64,000 nucleotides of DNA from an uncultured cyanobacterium (lineage in GTDB: Bacteria > Cyanobacteriota > Cyanobacteriia > PCC-6307 > Cyanobiaceae). Both the position numbers and the translations under genes were made by a program. A model generated the notes under the pieces. That model was not told the origin of the DNA. It saw only the letters and a program-made list of their open reading frames with translations, and did no database searches. Location: NCBI GenBank assembly GCA_963697335.1, contig CAVONQ010000018.1:384001-448000 (forward strand), in the 5' to 3' direction. Shown here piece by piece: positions 10,354-21,942 of the stretch (positions within the stretch are counted from its first letter, which is position 1; each line of letters begins with the position of its first letter).

Positions 10354-12198
10354 GTGAACAAACGCTGGCGCAACGCGGGGCTGTACGTGCTCCTGGTGAT
10401 CGTGGTGATCGCCGTGGGCACCGCTTTCCTCGACCGTCCGGATCCCGCCAACGCGCCGCGCACCCTGCGCTACAGCGACTTTGTGGAAGCCGTGCAGGAC
10501 AACGAAGTGTCCCGGGTGCTGATCGCCCCAGACCGCGGCACCGCCCAGGTGGTGGAAAACGATGGCCGCCGCGCCGTGGTCAACCTGGCTCCCGACAAGG
10601 ACCTGCTCAAGCTGCTCACGGACCACAACGTGGACATCGCTGTACAGCCCAGCCGGGAGCCTGCCGCCTGGCAGCAGGCCGCCGGCAGCCTGATCTTCCC
10701 GCTGCTGTTGCTGGGAGGACTGTTCTTCCTGCTGCGGCGGGCCCAGGGGGGTGGCGGCAACCCGGCCATGAGCTTCGGCAAGAGCAAGGCGCGGGTGCAG
10801 ATGGAGCCCCAGACCCAGGTGACCTTCGGCGATGTGGCCGGCATTGAGGGCGCCAAGCTGGAGCTCACCGAAGTGGTGGACTTCCTCAAGAATCCGGATC
10901 GCTTCACCGCCGTTGGCGCCAAGATCCCGAAGGGCGTGCTGCTGGTGGGCCCCCCCGGCACCGGCAAGACCCTCCTGGCCAAGGCCGTGGCCGGTGAGGC
11001 CGGCGTGCCCTTCTTCTCGATTTCCGGTTCGGAATTTGTGGAGATGTTTGTGGGCGTGGGTGCCAGCCGGGTGAGGGATCTGTTCGAGCAGGCCAAGAAG
11101 AGCGCCCCCTGCATCGTCTTCATTGATGAGATCGACGCCGTGGGGCGTCAGCGGGGCGCTGGCCTCGGCGGCGGCAACGACGAGAGGGAGCAGACGCTCA
11201 ACCAGCTGCTCACCGAGATGGATGGCTTCGAGGGCAACACCGGCATCATCATCGTGGCGGCCACCAACCGCCCCGACGTGCTGGATGCCGCGCTGCTGCG
11301 CCCGGGCCGTTTCGATCGTCAGGTGGTGGTGGATCGCCCCGATTACAGCGGTCGCCTCCAGATTCTCGAGGTGCATGCCCGCGGCAAGACCCTGGCCAAG
11401 GATGTGGACCTCGACAAGGTCGCTCGCCGCACGCCTGGCTTCACCGGTGCCGATCTGGCCAACCTGCTGAATGAGGCGGCCATCCTCGCGGCCCGGCGCC
11501 AGCTCACCGAGGTGTCGATGGACGAGGTCAACGACGCGATCGAGCGGGTGATGGCCGGTCCGGAGAAGAAAGACCGGGTAATGAGCGAGAAGCGCAAGCG
11601 CCTGGTGGCTTACCACGAATCCGGCCACGCTCTGGTGGGGGCCCTGATGCCCGATTACGACCCCGTGCAGAAGATCTCGATCATTCCCCGCGGCCAGGCC
11701 GGTGGCCTCACCTTCTTCACCCCCAGTGAGGAGCGCATGGAATCGGGGCTCTATTCCAGGGCTTATCTGCAGAACCAGATGGCCGTGGCCCTGGGTGGCC
11801 GCGTGGCCGAGGAACTGGTCTACGGCGACGATGAGGTCACCACCGGTGCCTCCAACGACCTGCAGCAGGTGGCTCGGGTGGCGCGCCAGATGGTCACCCG
11901 CTTCGGCATGAGCGAGCGCATCGGTCCCGTGGCCCTCGGCCGCAGCCAAGGGGGCATGTTCCTCGGCCGCGACATCGCAGCCGAGCGCGACTTCTCCGAG
12001 GACACCGCCGCCACCATCGATGAGGAGGTGAGCCAGCTGGTGGAAGACGCCTACCGCCGGGCCACCGAAGTGCTCAGCAACAACCGGGCCGTGCTCGATC
12101 AGCTGGCCGAGCTGCTCGTGGAGAAGGAAACCGTGGATGCCGAGCAGCTCCAGGAGCTGCTTCTGCAGAGCGATGTGCGGGTGGCCGAGTACGTCTGA
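10354..12198 (+). CDS. ftsH: ATP-dependent zinc metalloprotease FtsH (FtsH3-like N-terminus)
   Basis: Two TM segments, [17 protein letters not shown] zinc motif. Confidence 0.97.
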   Translation: MNKRWRNAGLYVLLVIVVIAVGTAFLDRPDPANAPRTLRYSDFVEAVQDNEVSRVLIAPDRGTAQVVENDGRRAVVNLAPDKDLLKLLTDHNVDIAVQPSREPAAWQQAAGSLIFPLLLLGGLFFLLRRAQGGGGNPAMSFGKSKARVQMEPQTQVTFGDVAGIEGAKLELTEVVDFLKNPDRFTAVGAKIPKGVLLVGPPGTGKTLLAKAVAGEAGVPFFSISGSEFVEMFVGVGASRVRDLFEQAKKSAPCIVFIDEIDAVGRQRGAGLGGGNDEREQTLNQLLTEMDGFEGNTGIIIVAATNRPDVLDAALLRPGRFDRQVVVDRPDYSGRLQILEVHARGKTLAKDVDLDKVARRTPGFTGADLANLLNEAAILAARRQLTEVSMDEVNDAIERVMAGPEKKDRVMSEKRKRLVAYHESGHALVGALMPDYDPVQKISIIPRGQAGGLTFFTPSEERMESGLYSRAYLQNQMAVALGGRVAEELVYGDDEVTTGASNDLQQVARVARQMVTRFGMSERIGPVALGRSQGGMFLGRDIAAERDFSEDTAATIDEEVSQLVEDAYRRATEVLSNNRAVLDQLAELLVEKETVDAEQLQELLLQSDVRVAEYV

Positions 12199-12220
12199 GC
12201 CCCTCGGCTGATCAGGCCTG

Positions 12221-12847
12221 TTGATCGCCTCTTTCCCCCCGCTTCTCGATGCGCTGCACCACCAGCCCCTGCTGGTGGTGCTTCGGGCTGAGCAGCCACG
12301 GCAGCTCGAGCCGGCCTTGACGGCCCTCGAGGCGATGGGGCTGGTCCACGTGGAGATCAACTGGCAACCTCACCCTGACTGGGCAGCCCAGTGCCGCGCG
12401 CTGCAGCAGGCCCACCCACGGCTGAGGTTGGGGGCGGCGTCGCTCTGCAGCCTGGAAGCGATCCGGGCCACGGCCGCCGCCGGTCTGGGCTACGGCATGT
12501 CGCCCGTTCTGGCACCGGAACTCTGGCAGGAGGCCTGCCGCCTGGGGCTGGCCCTCGTGCCCGGGGTGTTCACGCCCAGCGAAGTCCTGCAAGCCAGGCA
12601 GCTGGGCTGTCCGGCCGTGAAGCTGTTTCCCGCGGTCACCGTTGGGCCCCAATACTGGGGCCGTCTACGCGGGCCCCTGGGCGCCCTGCCGATCTGCATC
12701 GCTGCAGGCGGCCTGGCCCCCCACGACGTGCGGCCCTGGCTGCAGGCTGGCGTCGATGCCGTGGCCCTGGGCGGCAGCCTCGACCAGGACGGTGCCATGG
12801 GCGCGCTGAAGGCCCTGATCAGCGACCTGCGCCCAACCTCCGCCTGA
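12221..12847 (+). CDS. eda: KDPG/KHG aldolase family
   Basis: VPGVFTPSEV, VKLFPA, AAGGL, VALGGSL. Confidence 0.85.
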   Translation: MIASFPPLLDALHHQPLLVVLRAEQPRQLEPALTALEAMGLVHVEINWQPHPDWAAQCRALQQAHPRLRLGAASLCSLEAIRATAAAGLGYGMSPVLAPELWQEACRLGLALVPGVFTPSEVLQARQLGCPAVKLFPAVTVGPQYWGRLRGPLGALPICIAAGGLAPHDVRPWLQAGVDAVALGGSLDQDGAMGALKALISDLRPTSA

Positions 12848-12853
12848 GTCCCT

Positions 12854-13945
12854 TCACCACAGGCTGCACTGTCCTTGCTGGCGCAGCAGGTGATCAGCCA
12901 GCACCAGGGCCACCATCGCCTCCACCATCGGCACCGCCCTGGGCAGCACACAGGGGTCGTGGCGTCCCTTGGCGGCCAGGGTGGTGGCGGCGCCGCTGAC
13001 ATCGATGGTCTGCTGCTGCTTGCGGATCGTGGCGGTGGGTTTGAACGCCACCCGGATCACGATCATCTCGCCGTTGCTGATCCCGCCCTGGATGCCGCCT
13101 GAATTGTTGGTGGCCGTGTGCAGGCTGCCGTCGTCCGTGGGCAGGAAGGCGTCGTTGTGCTCACTGCCCTTCAGCAGGGTGCCGGCGAAGCCGGAGCCGA
13201 TCTCGAAGCCCTTGGTGGCCGGCAGCGACATCACCGCCTTGGCCAGATCGGCCTCCAGCTTGTCGAACACCGGCATGCCCAGCCCCACCGGCGGCCGCCG
13301 CACCACGCATTCGATCACGCCGCCGCAGGAATCGCCTTCCCGGCCGATCGCCTCGATCCGCTCCACCATCCGCTCGGCGGTCTCGGGGTCGGGGCAGCGC
13401 ACGATGGTCGCCTCCACGTCGTCGAGGCTGACGCTGGCCGGGTCGATCCCATGGGCCTCGATGGTGTGGATCCGCTTCACCCAGGCCAGCACCTCGGTGC
13501 CGCCCGCCCTGGCCAGCAGTTGTTTGGCGATGGCGCCTGCGGCCACGCGACCGATGGTTTCCCGTGCTGAGGCTCGACCGCCGCCGCTGCGGGCCTGGAT
13601 GCCGTACTTGGCCTGGTAGGTGGCATCGGCGTGGGAGGGGCGGAAGGCCACCGCCATCTCCTGGTAATCCCCAGGGCGCTGGTCCTTGTTGCGCACCACC
13701 ATGGCGATGGGCGTGCCGAGGGTCTGCCCGTCCAGCAGGCCGCTGAGAATCTCGACGCGATCGTCTTCCTTGCGCGGGGTGGTGATCTTGCTCTGGCCGG
13801 GTTTGCGGCGATCGAGATCCCGCTGGATGTCCTCCAGGGCGAGGGCCAGCCGCGGCGGGCAGCCATCCACGATCACCCCCACGCCACCACCGTGGGATTC
13901 GCCAAAGGTGCTGATGCGAAAGAGCTGGCCGAAGCTGCTTCCCAT
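12854..13945 (-). CDS. aroC: chorismate synthase
   Basis: [33 protein letters not shown] at 13945. Confidence 0.97.
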   Translation of the reverse strand: MGSSFGQLFRISTFGESHGGGVGVIVDGCPPRLALALEDIQRDLDRRKPGQSKITTPRKEDDRVEILSGLLDGQTLGTPIAMVVRNKDQRPGDYQEMAVAFRPSHADATYQAKYGIQARSGGGRASARETIGRVAAGAIAKQLLARAGGTEVLAWVKRIHTIEAHGIDPASVSLDDVEATIVRCPDPETAERMVERIEAIGREGDSCGGVIECVVRRPPVGLGMPVFDKLEADLAKAVMSLPATKGFEIGSGFAGTLLKGSEHNDAFLPTDDGSLHTATNNSGGIQGGISNGEMIVIRVAFKPTATIRKQQQTIDVSGAATTLAAKGRHDPCVLPRAVPMVEAMVALVLADHLLRQQGQCSLW

Positions 13946-14085
13946 GGCTGCCACACAGTGCTGCGAGCGTAGGGGCTGGGCCCTGGCAACGGTCTCGGCC
14001 GCTCCGCTACACCGCTGCAGAAGCTTCCGCCAAGGTTCAGCGGCTGAAACCAAGCTGATCAGGGGCTGCCACCTGGGTCCAACAA

Positions 14086-14112
14086 TAAAAACCCCCCTCG
14101 TGAGAGGGGGGC
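14086..14112 (-). terminator. intrinsic terminator after psbA
   Basis: AAAAA then CCCCCCTC-GTGA-GAGGGGGG on + strand, downstream of psbA stop. Confidence 0.8.
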
Positions 14113-14143
14113 ATGGGGTCCCGTCCGATCGAAGCTGGTGGCC

Positions 14144-15223
14144 TCAGCCGATCGCCGGGGCGGTCAGAGCCACGGGGGTGGCTTCTGCTGCAGCCAGGTC
14201 GAGGGGGAAGTTGTGAGCGTTGCGCTCGTGCATCACTTCCATACCCAGGTTGGCGCGGTTCAGCACGTCGGCCCAGGTGTTCACCACGCGGCCTTGGCCA
14301 TCGAGGATCGACTGGTTGAAGTTGAAACCGTTCAGGTTGAAGGCCATCGTGCTCACGCCCAGGGCGGTGAACCAGATGCCGACCACCGGCCAGGCAGCCA
14401 GGAAGAAGTGCAGGCTGCGGCTGTTGTTGAAGCTGGCGTATTGGAAGATCAGGCGACCGAAGTAACCGTGGGCAGCCACGATGTTGTAGGTCTCTTCCTC
14501 TTGGCCGAACTTGTAGCCGTAGTTCTGGCTCTCGCTCTCGGTGGTTTCACGCACCAGGGAGGAGGTCACCAGCGAGCCGTGCATGGCGGAGAACAGGGAG
14601 CCACCGAACACACCGGCCACACCCAGCATGTGGAAGGGGTGCATCAGGATGTTGTGCTCAGCCTGGAACACCAGCATGAAGTTGAAGGTGCCGCTGATGC
14701 CGAGGGGCATTCCGTCGGAGAAGGAGCCCTGACCGAAGGGATACACCAGGAACACAGCCGAAGCAGCAGCCACGGGGGCGCTGTAGGCAACACAGATCCA
14801 GGGGCGCATGCCCAGGCGGTAGGAGAGTTCCCACTCACGACCCATGTAGCAGAAGATGCCGATCAGGAAGTGGAAGACAACCAGCTGGTAAGGACCGCCG
14901 TTGTAGAGCCACTCATCGAGGCTGGCAGCTTCCCAGATGGGATAGAAGTGCAGGCCGATGGCGTTGCTGGAGGGCACAACAGCACCGGAGATGATGTTGT
15001 TGCCGTAGATCAGCGAACCGGCAACCGGCTCACGGATGCCGTCGATGTCAACAGGGGGAGCGGCGATGAACGCCACGATGTAGCAGATGGTCGCAGCCAG
15101 CAGGGTGGGGATCATCAGCACGCCGAACCAGCCCACGTAGAGGCGGTTGTTGGTGGAGGTGACCCACTCGCAGAACTGCTGCCAGCTGGAGGCGCCGGAG
15201 CGCTGCTGGAGAGTGGTGGTCAT
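14144..15223 (-). CDS. psbA: photosystem II D1 protein (Glu130, D1:2-type)
   Basis: MTTTLQQR...[14 protein letters not shown]...CYMGREWE...[13 protein letters not shown]. Confidence 0.99.
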   Translation of the reverse strand: MTTTLQQRSGASSWQQFCEWVTSTNNRLYVGWFGVLMIPTLLAATICYIVAFIAAPPVDIDGIREPVAGSLIYGNNIISGAVVPSSNAIGLHFYPIWEAASLDEWLYNGGPYQLVVFHFLIGIFCYMGREWELSYRLGMRPWICVAYSAPVAAASAVFLVYPFGQGSFSDGMPLGISGTFNFMLVFQAEHNILMHPFHMLGVAGVFGGSLFSAMHGSLVTSSLVRETTESESQNYGYKFGQEEETYNIVAAHGYFGRLIFQYASFNNSRSLHFFLAAWPVVGIWFTALGVSTMAFNLNGFNFNQSILDGQGRVVNTWADVLNRANLGMEVMHERNAHNFPLDLAAAEATPVALTAPAIG

Positions 15224-15436
15224 GAGAACAGGTGATGGGTGCTCGAAAGAGCAGGTAAGTAGGACGGCAGAAGCACTGCAGGGCAAAACCCGGAAGCAGG
15301 AACGGCCGCGGGACGGAACCCCGTCGCTGCTTAACGTAACAGAACGTTGCGGGGTTTGTGAAGAGGGGTTGAGTGTGGTGAACCCACCTTGCGCCTGGCG
15401 CCGGCCCTCAGGGCGCCTCCGTTCAGGCGGCGGGCG

Positions 15437-16411
15437 ATGAGGGGTCGCTCAAAGCTGGTCACCTGGAGCCCGAGCCTCACCCTGGTGCCCACCTCCAGCT
15501 GCTTCAACCGCTGCGGCTACTGCGGTTTTCGCCAGGAGCCCGACCCGCAGGATCCTCTGGCGGACGCGCTCACACAGCCTGAAGCGCAGGCCAGCCTCGA
15601 TCGCCGCCCCAGGGCGGGAGAGGTGCTGCTGCTCAGTGGCGAGGTGGCTCCAGAGGCGCCCCAGCGGCGGGCCTGGTTTCTGTTGTTGCTGCGCCTCAGC
15701 CGCCTCGCCCTGGCCAATGGCCGCCTGCCCCACACCAATGCCGGCCCCCTCTCGCTCCAGGAGATGGCGGCCCTGGGGCGCCTCAATCCCTCCATGGGCC
15801 TGATGCTCGAAGGCCTGGGGCCGGCCTGGCAGCGCTGGCATCGCCAGGCCCCCAGCAAGCGGCTGGAGCTGCGCTTGCTGCAGCTGGAGCAGGCCGGCCG
15901 CCTCGGTATCCCCTTCACCACCGGCCTCCTGCTCGGGGCGGGCGAGAGCTCCAGGGATCGGCGCCAGGCCCTGGAGTTGATCACCCAGCTTCACGTCACC
16001 TGGGGCCACGTGCAGGAGGTGATCCTGCAGCCTTTCCGTCCTCCAGGTCCGTCGCCGGCGGAGCTCGATCCGCCCAGCTGCAATGAGCTGCTGGAGCTGA
16101 TCGCCGAGGCGCGCCACATCCTGCCGCCCGAGGTGCACCTGCAGCTGCCCCCCAACCTCTGGCCGCGTCAGCGGCTGGTGGAGGCCCTCGAGGCCGGCAT
16201 CGATGACCTCGGCGGTATCGACGGCGAGGGGGATGTGATCAATCCCGCCTATTCCCAGCCGTCGCCCCAGGCGCTGACGCGGCAGTTGGTGGCGGCCGGC
16301 TGGGAGCTGCGCCCGCGGCTCTGCGTGCACCGCCCCTGGCTCGCCTGGTTGCCGGCGCCCCTGCGGCAGCGGGCGCAGGCCATGGCCCAGCGGCTCGATC
16401 GCTCTGGTTAG
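15437..16411 (+). CDS. cofG: FO synthase subunit CofG (radical SAM)
   Basis: [54 protein letters not shown]. Confidence 0.85.
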   Translation: MRGRSKLVTWSPSLTLVPTSSCFNRCGYCGFRQEPDPQDPLADALTQPEAQASLDRRPRAGEVLLLSGEVAPEAPQRRAWFLLLLRLSRLALANGRLPHTNAGPLSLQEMAALGRLNPSMGLMLEGLGPAWQRWHRQAPSKRLELRLLQLEQAGRLGIPFTTGLLLGAGESSRDRRQALELITQLHVTWGHVQEVILQPFRPPGPSPAELDPPSCNELLELIAEARHILPPEVHLQLPPNLWPRQRLVEALEAGIDDLGGIDGEGDVINPAYSQPSPQALTRQLVAAGWELRPRLCVHRPWLAWLPAPLRQRAQAMAQRLDRSG

Positions 16412-16443
16412 TGTCGCGCCATCACCAACGTGAGTGACGGACC

Positions 16444-18024
16444 TTGAGCACCACCAGTCCCCACCGGGTGCTGCTCGTGAGGCTGCCCTGCAATCCGATT
16501 TTTCCGATCGGCCCCGTCTACCTCGCCGACCATCTGCACAAGCAGTTCCCTGATCTGCAGCAGCGGTTTCTCGACCTCGCCGCTCTGCCGGTGCTCGATG
16601 TGGAGCGCATTCTGGCCGCCGTGGTGGACAGTTTCCGCCCCACCCTGCTGGTGTTCTCCTGGCGTGACATCCAGATCTATGCCCCGGTGGATGGCCGCAG
16701 TGGCAACCCGCTGCAGCACTCCTTCGAGGTGTTCTACGCCCGCAACCCGCTCAAGCGGCTGCGCGGAGCCCTGGGGGGCCTGGGCCTGATGCGCGCTTTC
16801 TACGCCGAGCTCTGGCGCAACCTGCGGCTGGTGCGGCAAGGGGTGAAGCGGGCCCGGCGCTATCAGCCCGAAGCCCGCGCCGTGATCGGGGGCGGTGCCG
16901 TGAGTGTGTTCTATGAGCAGCTCGGGCGCCAGCTGCCCCCCGGCACGGTGGTGTCGGTCGGCGAGGGCGAACCCCTGCTGGAGAAGTTGGTCAGGGGCGA
17001 CTCCCTGGCCGGAGAGCGCTGCTTTGTGGCCGGCGAAGAGCCCCGCCCGGGTCTGATCCATGAGCAGCCCGGCAGTCTGGAGAAAACGGCCTGCAACTAC
17101 GACTACATCGCCTCGATCTGGCCCCAGCTCGACTGGTACCTCGAGGGGGGTGACTTCTACGTGGGGGTGCAGACCAAGCGGGGCTGTCCCCACAACTGCT
17201 GCTACTGCGTGTACACGGTGGTGGAGGGCAAGGCGGTGCGGGTGAATCCGGTGGAGGAGGTGATCGCTGAGATGGGGCAGCTCTACCGCCGGGGGGTGCG
17301 CGGCTTCTGGTTCACCGATGCCCAGTTCATCCCGGCCCGCCGCTACATCGAGGATGCCAAGGAATTGCTGCGGGCGATCCTGGCCGAAGGCTGGCACGAC
17401 ATCCGCTGGGCCGCCTACATCCGCGCCGACAATCTCGATGCCGAGCTGGCCGAACTGATGGTGGCCACCGGCATGGAGTATTTCGAGATCGGCATCACTT
17501 CGGGTTCCCAGGAGCTGGTGCGCAAGATGCGCATGGGCTACAACCTGCGCACCGTGCTGGAGAACTGCCGGCTGCTGGCCAGGGCCGGATTCCGCCACCA
17601 TGTGTCGGTGAACTACTCGTTCAATGTGATCGATGAGCGCCCCGAAACCATCCGCCAGACGGTGGCCTACCACCGCGAGCTGGAGCGCATCTTCGGCGCC
17701 GACAAAGTGGAACCGGCGATCTTCTTCATCGGCCTGCAGCCCCACACCCACCTGGAGCAATACGGCTTCGAACAGGGCCTGATCAAGCCGGGCTATAACC
17801 CGATGAGCATGATGCCCTGGGCGGCGCGCAAGACGCTCTGGAACCCCGAGCCGATGGGCAGCACCTTTGGGCGCATCTGTCTGGAGGCGTTTGACCGCAA
17901 CCCCGGCGACTTCGGCCGCACGGTGATGGACCTCCTGGAGCGGGATTACGGCCTGGCGCCCCTGGATGAGGCCCTCAGGGCTCCGGTGGAAGGCCGTCGC
18001 GCCCTCGCCAACGCGGTGCGCTGA
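16444..18024 (+). CDS. B12-binding-type radical SAM protein (conserved cyanobacterial PSII high-light acclimation family)
   Basis: RLPCNPIFPIG N-terminus, KRGCPHNCCYC, FWFTDAQF. Confidence 0.85.
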   Translation: MSTTSPHRVLLVRLPCNPIFPIGPVYLADHLHKQFPDLQQRFLDLAALPVLDVERILAAVVDSFRPTLLVFSWRDIQIYAPVDGRSGNPLQHSFEVFYARNPLKRLRGALGGLGLMRAFYAELWRNLRLVRQGVKRARRYQPEARAVIGGGAVSVFYEQLGRQLPPGTVVSVGEGEPLLEKLVRGDSLAGERCFVAGEEPRPGLIHEQPGSLEKTACNYDYIASIWPQLDWYLEGGDFYVGVQTKRGCPHNCCYCVYTVVEGKAVRVNPVEEVIAEMGQLYRRGVRGFWFTDAQFIPARRYIEDAKELLRAILAEGWHDIRWAAYIRADNLDAELAELMVATGMEYFEIGITSGSQELVRKMRMGYNLRTVLENCRLLARAGFRHHVSVNYSFNVIDERPETIRQTVAYHRELERIFGADKVEPAIFFIGLQPHTHLEQYGFEQGLIKPGYNPMSMMPWAARKTLWNPEPMGSTFGRICLEAFDRNPGDFGRTVMDLLERDYGLAPLDEALRAPVEGRRALANAVR

Positions 18025-18098
18025 AGCCGCGAGCCAGCCGGGACTGGGTCTGCGGCTGGCCACCTCCCTAGCTTGGAGCTCCCTGATTTCGCTGCCCG

Positions 18099-20243
18099 GT
18101 GCGTTACGAGTGGGTCGAGCAACACGCCGAGGAGGATTGCGGCGCGGCCTGCCTGGCCACAGTGGCCCGCTACCACGGCCGCCGGCTGGCCCTCTCCCGG
18201 GTGCGCGAACTGGTGGGCACGGGGACCCGAGGCACCACCTTGCTGGGCCTGCGGCGGGGAGCCGACGCCGTCGGTTTCCATGCCCGGGCGGTGCGGGCCG
18301 ATGGGGCCCTGCTCGACCGCCTCGAGGCGCTGCCCCTGCCGGCGATCTGTCACTGGCAGGGAAACCACTGGGTGGTGCTGTACGGCCGGAAGGGCCGCAA
18401 GCTGGTGATTGCGGATCCGGCTGTCGGGATCCGCAGGTTGTCACCTGAGGAGTTTCGAGCCGGTTGGGGCAACGGGGTGCTGTTGCTGCTTGAGCCGGAT
18501 CTCAACCGTCTGCTGGAGCAGCCGCAGGAGGAGCGGCTGCCGTTTCTGCGCTTCCTGCGGCTGAGCTGGCCCTACCGGGGTTTGCTGCTGCAGGCCCTTG
18601 GCATCAACGTGGTGATCGGCCTGCTGGCCCTGGCCATGCCGCTGTTGATGCAGCTGCTCACCGATGATGTGCTGGTGCGCCGGGATAGCCAACTGCTCAC
18701 CAGCCTTGGCCTGGCGATGCTGTTTCTGTTTGTCTTTCGCAGCGCCATCAGCCTGATCCAGGGCCACATAGTGGGTCATTTCGCCCAGCGCCTTCAGCTG
18801 GGGATGGTGCTGGAGTACGGCCATCGGCTGCTGCGCTTGCCGATGACCTATTTCGACAGCCATCGCAGTGGCGAGGTGGTGAGCCGGATTGGCGACATCA
18901 GCCGGATTAATGCCCTGATCAGCGATCTGGTGTTGGGCCTGCCCAGTGACTTCTTCATTGCTGCCATCTCGCTGGTGGTGATGCTGATCTACAGCCCTCC
19001 ACTGACGGTCGTGTCCCTGTTGGCGTTTGGAATTTTGATCGCTTCCGGACTGCTATTTCTGCCAGCTCAATACGAAAAAAGCCGCCGCGTGATTGTGGAA
19101 TCCGCGGAGAATCAGGGGTTTCTGGTGGAGATCTTCCGTGGCGCCCAGGTGCTTAAAACCACCGAGGCGTTGCCCCAGGCCTGGGACGAGTACCAGCGCA
19201 ATTTCGGCAGCGTTGCGCACCTGCGTTGGGATGCACTGCAGTTGTCGTTGTTCAGTGGCACCACCACCGGGCTGCTGTCGCGGGTCACCACCCTGGCCCT
19301 CCTCTGGTATGGCAGCAGCTTCGTGATTTCTGGTCAACTCTCCATCGGCCAGTTGCTTGCTTTCAGCGGTATGAGCGGCAATGTGCTCGGTTTTCTGGAA
19401 TCCCTCGTGGACTTCACCGACGACTACCTGACCGCCAACGTGGTGATCAGGCGGCTCTCGGAGGTGCTGGAGGGCAGCCTGGAGGACCCTAAGGCGATCG
19501 ACAAGCCATGGGTGGCCCTGCCGCAGCCGTGCGAGATCCAGTGCCGCAATCTCAGCTTCCACCATGCCGGCCGGCTGGACCTGCTCAGCAACCTTCACCT
19601 CACCATTCCCGCCGCCTGCTGCACCGCCGTGATCGGGGAATCTGGCTGCGGCAAGAGCACCCTGGTGAAGCTGCTGGCCGGCCTCTATCCACCCCAGAGC
19701 GGCTCGATCCACTACGGACCCTACGGCCGTCACGACATCTCCCTGGACTGCCTGCGGCGGCAGGTGGTGCTGGTGCCCCAGGAGGCCCAGTTCTTCAACC
19801 GCACGATCTTCGAGAATTTTCGCTTCGCCTATCCCGACGTCAGCTTCGATCAGGTGGTGGCGGCCTGCGAGCGGGCACTGGCCGACGAATTCATCCGCGA
19901 CCTGCCGGACGGTTACCAGACCGTGCTGGGAGAATTCGGCGCCAACCTCTCGGGTGGTCAGCGCCAGCGCCTGGCGATCGCGCGCGCCCTGGTGTCCTGT
20001 CCGGCCGTGCTGATCCTGGATGAATCCACCGCCGCGTTGGACCCGGTGCTGGAGCGGCGCCTGATGGACAACCTCCTGCAGCATCGCAAGGGTTTGACCA
20101 CGGTGATGATCAGTCACCGCCCGAGCGTCATCCAGCGCTGTGATTGGCTGGTGTACCTGGAGCGAGGCCACGTCGTGTCCCAGGGTCGACCCCAGGACCT
20201 GGGCAACAGTGCACCACTGGCCCCCTACCTGCTGACGGCATGA
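18099..20243 (+). CDS. peptidase-containing ABC transporter (C39 peptidase + TMD + NBD), double-glycine peptide exporter
   Basis: Q...EDCGAACL (catalytic Cys), HWVV (His), IADPA (Asp); TM region; Walker A GESGCGKST, LSGGQRQR, LILDE, SHR. Confidence 0.95.
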   Translation: MRYEWVEQHAEEDCGAACLATVARYHGRRLALSRVRELVGTGTRGTTLLGLRRGADAVGFHARAVRADGALLDRLEALPLPAICHWQGNHWVVLYGRKGRKLVIADPAVGIRRLSPEEFRAGWGNGVLLLLEPDLNRLLEQPQEERLPFLRFLRLSWPYRGLLLQALGINVVIGLLALAMPLLMQLLTDDVLVRRDSQLLTSLGLAMLFLFVFRSAISLIQGHIVGHFAQRLQLGMVLEYGHRLLRLPMTYFDSHRSGEVVSRIGDISRINALISDLVLGLPSDFFIAAISLVVMLIYSPPLTVVSLLAFGILIASGLLFLPAQYEKSRRVIVESAENQGFLVEIFRGAQVLKTTEALPQAWDEYQRNFGSVAHLRWDALQLSLFSGTTTGLLSRVTTLALLWYGSSFVISGQLSIGQLLAFSGMSGNVLGFLESLVDFTDDYLTANVVIRRLSEVLEGSLEDPKAIDKPWVALPQPCEIQCRNLSFHHAGRLDLLSNLHLTIPAACCTAVIGESGCGKSTLVKLLAGLYPPQSGSIHYGPYGRHDISLDCLRRQVVLVPQEAQFFNRTIFENFRFAYPDVSFDQVVAACERALADEFIRDLPDGYQTVLGEFGANLSGGQRQRLAIARALVSCPAVLILDESTAALDPVLERRLMDNLLQHRKGLTTVMISHRPSVIQRCDWLVYLERGHVVSQGRPQDLGNSAPLAPYLLTA

Positions 20244-21385
20244 GCGAGCTTCCCGTCCGGGTGGCTGACGCCACCGAGAGCCAGCAGCTGCGCCCGGCCT
20301 CTGTTCAGGAGTTCCTGCCCTCGGTACGCCCCTGGGTGCGGCTGGCCGGCGTCGTGCTGGTGGGGAGTTTTGTGGCCGGCGTGGCGTTGATGGCGGTGTG
20401 GCCCTACCGAGTGGTGGTCAGAGCAGCAGGGTCTGTGCGGCCCAGTGGCGAGACCAGCCTGGTGCATGCGCCGCGGGATGGGCGGGTGAGGGAGATCCGC
20501 ATCCAGCCCAATCAGGAGGTCGAACGGGGTGAGGTGCTGGCGGTGATGGATCCCGCCGATCTGGAGGGCAGGGAGCTGAAGCTGCGGCAGGGCGGCACAT
20601 CGCTCGATGACCAGCTGGCGGCGCAGCGCAGGGAGAACACGGCTGCACTGCAGGCGGCACGACTGGAGGTCGAGAAGGCCCGGGCCACCCTTGATCTGGC
20701 CCGCTCGGAGTACCAGCGCTACAGCCAGCTCGTCAGCAGCGGTGCCGCCTCCCGGGAGCAGATGGAGGAGAAGCGTGCCAGTCTGAGCGTGGCGTCATCC
20801 AACCTGGCCAAGGCCCAGCGGGATGTGGAGCAGCAGCAGTCCCGGGGCGAGACTGCCCTGGCGAGACTGGGACAGCAACAGGTTGAAAACCAGGCGGAAC
20901 GGGCCCAGCTCGGCCGTGATCTCGGACGCCAGCTGATCAGGGCGCCCGTAGGGGGTGTGATCTTCTCCCTCACCCTCCGCAACCCCCTCCAGGTGGTCAC
21001 GGCCGGCCAGGAGCTGGCGCAGATCGCGCCCGAGGGGGCGCCGTACCTGGCGAAGGTGCAAGTGTCATCAGCGGACATCGCCAATGTGGAGGTGGGCCAG
21101 CGGGCCGATCTGCGCCTGGCGGGCTGTCCCTTCCCCGATTTCGGGACCCTGCGGGCCGAGGTGGTGTCCGTGGCTCCTGATGCGGCTGCGGTTCCGTCTG
21201 CTCCCGGTGGCGCGGGGGCCAGTGGCTATGCGGTGACACTGCGCCCGGAGCAGACCCAGCTGCGCTCGTCGTCCCGAAGCTGTGAGCTGCGGCTGGGCAT
21301 GGACCTCACAGCTGACATCACCACCCGGGTCGAGACCGTGCTCCAGTTCCTGTTGCGCAAGACCCGGCTGCTGGTGGGGCTGTGA
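20240..21385 (+). CDS. HlyD-family periplasmic adaptor of type I secretion
   Basis: ATGA overlap with exporter; one TM, lipoyl half-motifs (VERGEVLA / IRAPVGG), coiled coil, CPFPDFGTL, LRLGM..TADI. Confidence 0.93.
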   Translation: MSELPVRVADATESQQLRPASVQEFLPSVRPWVRLAGVVLVGSFVAGVALMAVWPYRVVVRAAGSVRPSGETSLVHAPRDGRVREIRIQPNQEVERGEVLAVMDPADLEGRELKLRQGGTSLDDQLAAQRRENTAALQAARLEVEKARATLDLARSEYQRYSQLVSSGAASREQMEEKRASLSVASSNLAKAQRDVEQQQSRGETALARLGQQQVENQAERAQLGRDLGRQLIRAPVGGVIFSLTLRNPLQVVTAGQELAQIAPEGAPYLAKVQVSSADIANVEVGQRADLRLAGCPFPDFGTLRAEVVSVAPDAAAVPSAPGGAGASGYAVTLRPEQTQLRSSSRSCELRLGMDLTADITTRVETVLQFLLRKTRLLVGL

Positions 21386-21516
21386 TGCTGTGGCGACCCC
21401 CCTGGGCGGGACGCTTCCTCCTGCTGGGCGTGGGATTCATCGCAGTTCAGGCGTGGTGGGCTCCGCGCTGGGTTCTGCCAGCAGCCAGCACAGCCCCATG
21501 GGGGAGCAACAGCAGG

Positions 21517-21572
21517 GGTAAGAGTTTTCTTGCCGCTTTCCTGCCAATCTCTTACCGCCCATCTTGTAGTTT
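21517..21572 (+). promoter_or_regulatory. putative regulated promoter of precursor 1
   Basis: GTAAGA then TCTTGCC/TCCTGCC/TCTTACC at 21528, 21539, 21550 (11-bp period) and TAGTTT at 21567; same layout as 22090-22149. Confidence 0.65.
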
Positions 21573-21711
21573 ACGATCAGAACAGTCCCTTGGACTGATC
21601 AACCGATGGGCCAAACATGACCCACGTCTTGATCGCCAGAGGTCGGACGTCCGTCTGTTCAGGCCTTTCTGAATACAGAGTCTGATTTAAGTTCATCAAG
21701 AGGAGCAATCC

Positions 21712-21942
21712 ATGAACACAGAATCCATAGCAGACATGAGCCTGCCGGGGCTCAATCTGCTCTCGGGAGCAGAGAGCTTCATCCACGATCTCAACCCTGA
21801 AGATGAGGCCTCGATCGCGGGCGGCAGTGGCAGGCGCAGCCGTCTGCGCAGCCGCCGCAGCCGCCTTCGCAGCCGCCTCCGCAACCGCCGCAGCCGTTTG
21901 CGCAGTCGCCGCAGCCGTCTGCGCAGCCGCCGCAGGCGTTAG
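21712..21942 (+). CDS. putative RiPP precursor 1: 38-aa double-glycine leader + 38-aa Arg/Ser-rich core
   Basis: SD AGGAG; leader ends DLNPEDEASIAGG; core SGRRSRLRSRRSRLRSRLRNRRSRLRSRRSRLRSRRRR; downstream of C39 exporter. Confidence 0.88.
   Translation: MNTESIADMSLPGLNLLSGAESFIHDLNPEDEASIAGGSGRRSRLRSRRSRLRSRLRNRRSRLRSRRSRLRSRRRR
21835..21933 (+). repeat. imperfect tandem repeats (CGCAGCCGY units) encoding RSRL/RSR
   Basis: Repeated cgcagccgtctg / cgcagccgc blocks visible in sequence. Confidence 0.85.

Noticed and set aside
16444..18024. Adjacent radical SAM gene as a peptide-modifying enzyme of the cluster
   Set aside because: Recognisable conserved cyanobacterial core protein with no evident SPASM or RRE features; adjacency is probably due to the insertion site.
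21382..21672. 96-aa ORF overlapping the hlyD stop
   Set aside because: No recognisable motif, and it spans the conserved promoter element of precursor 1.
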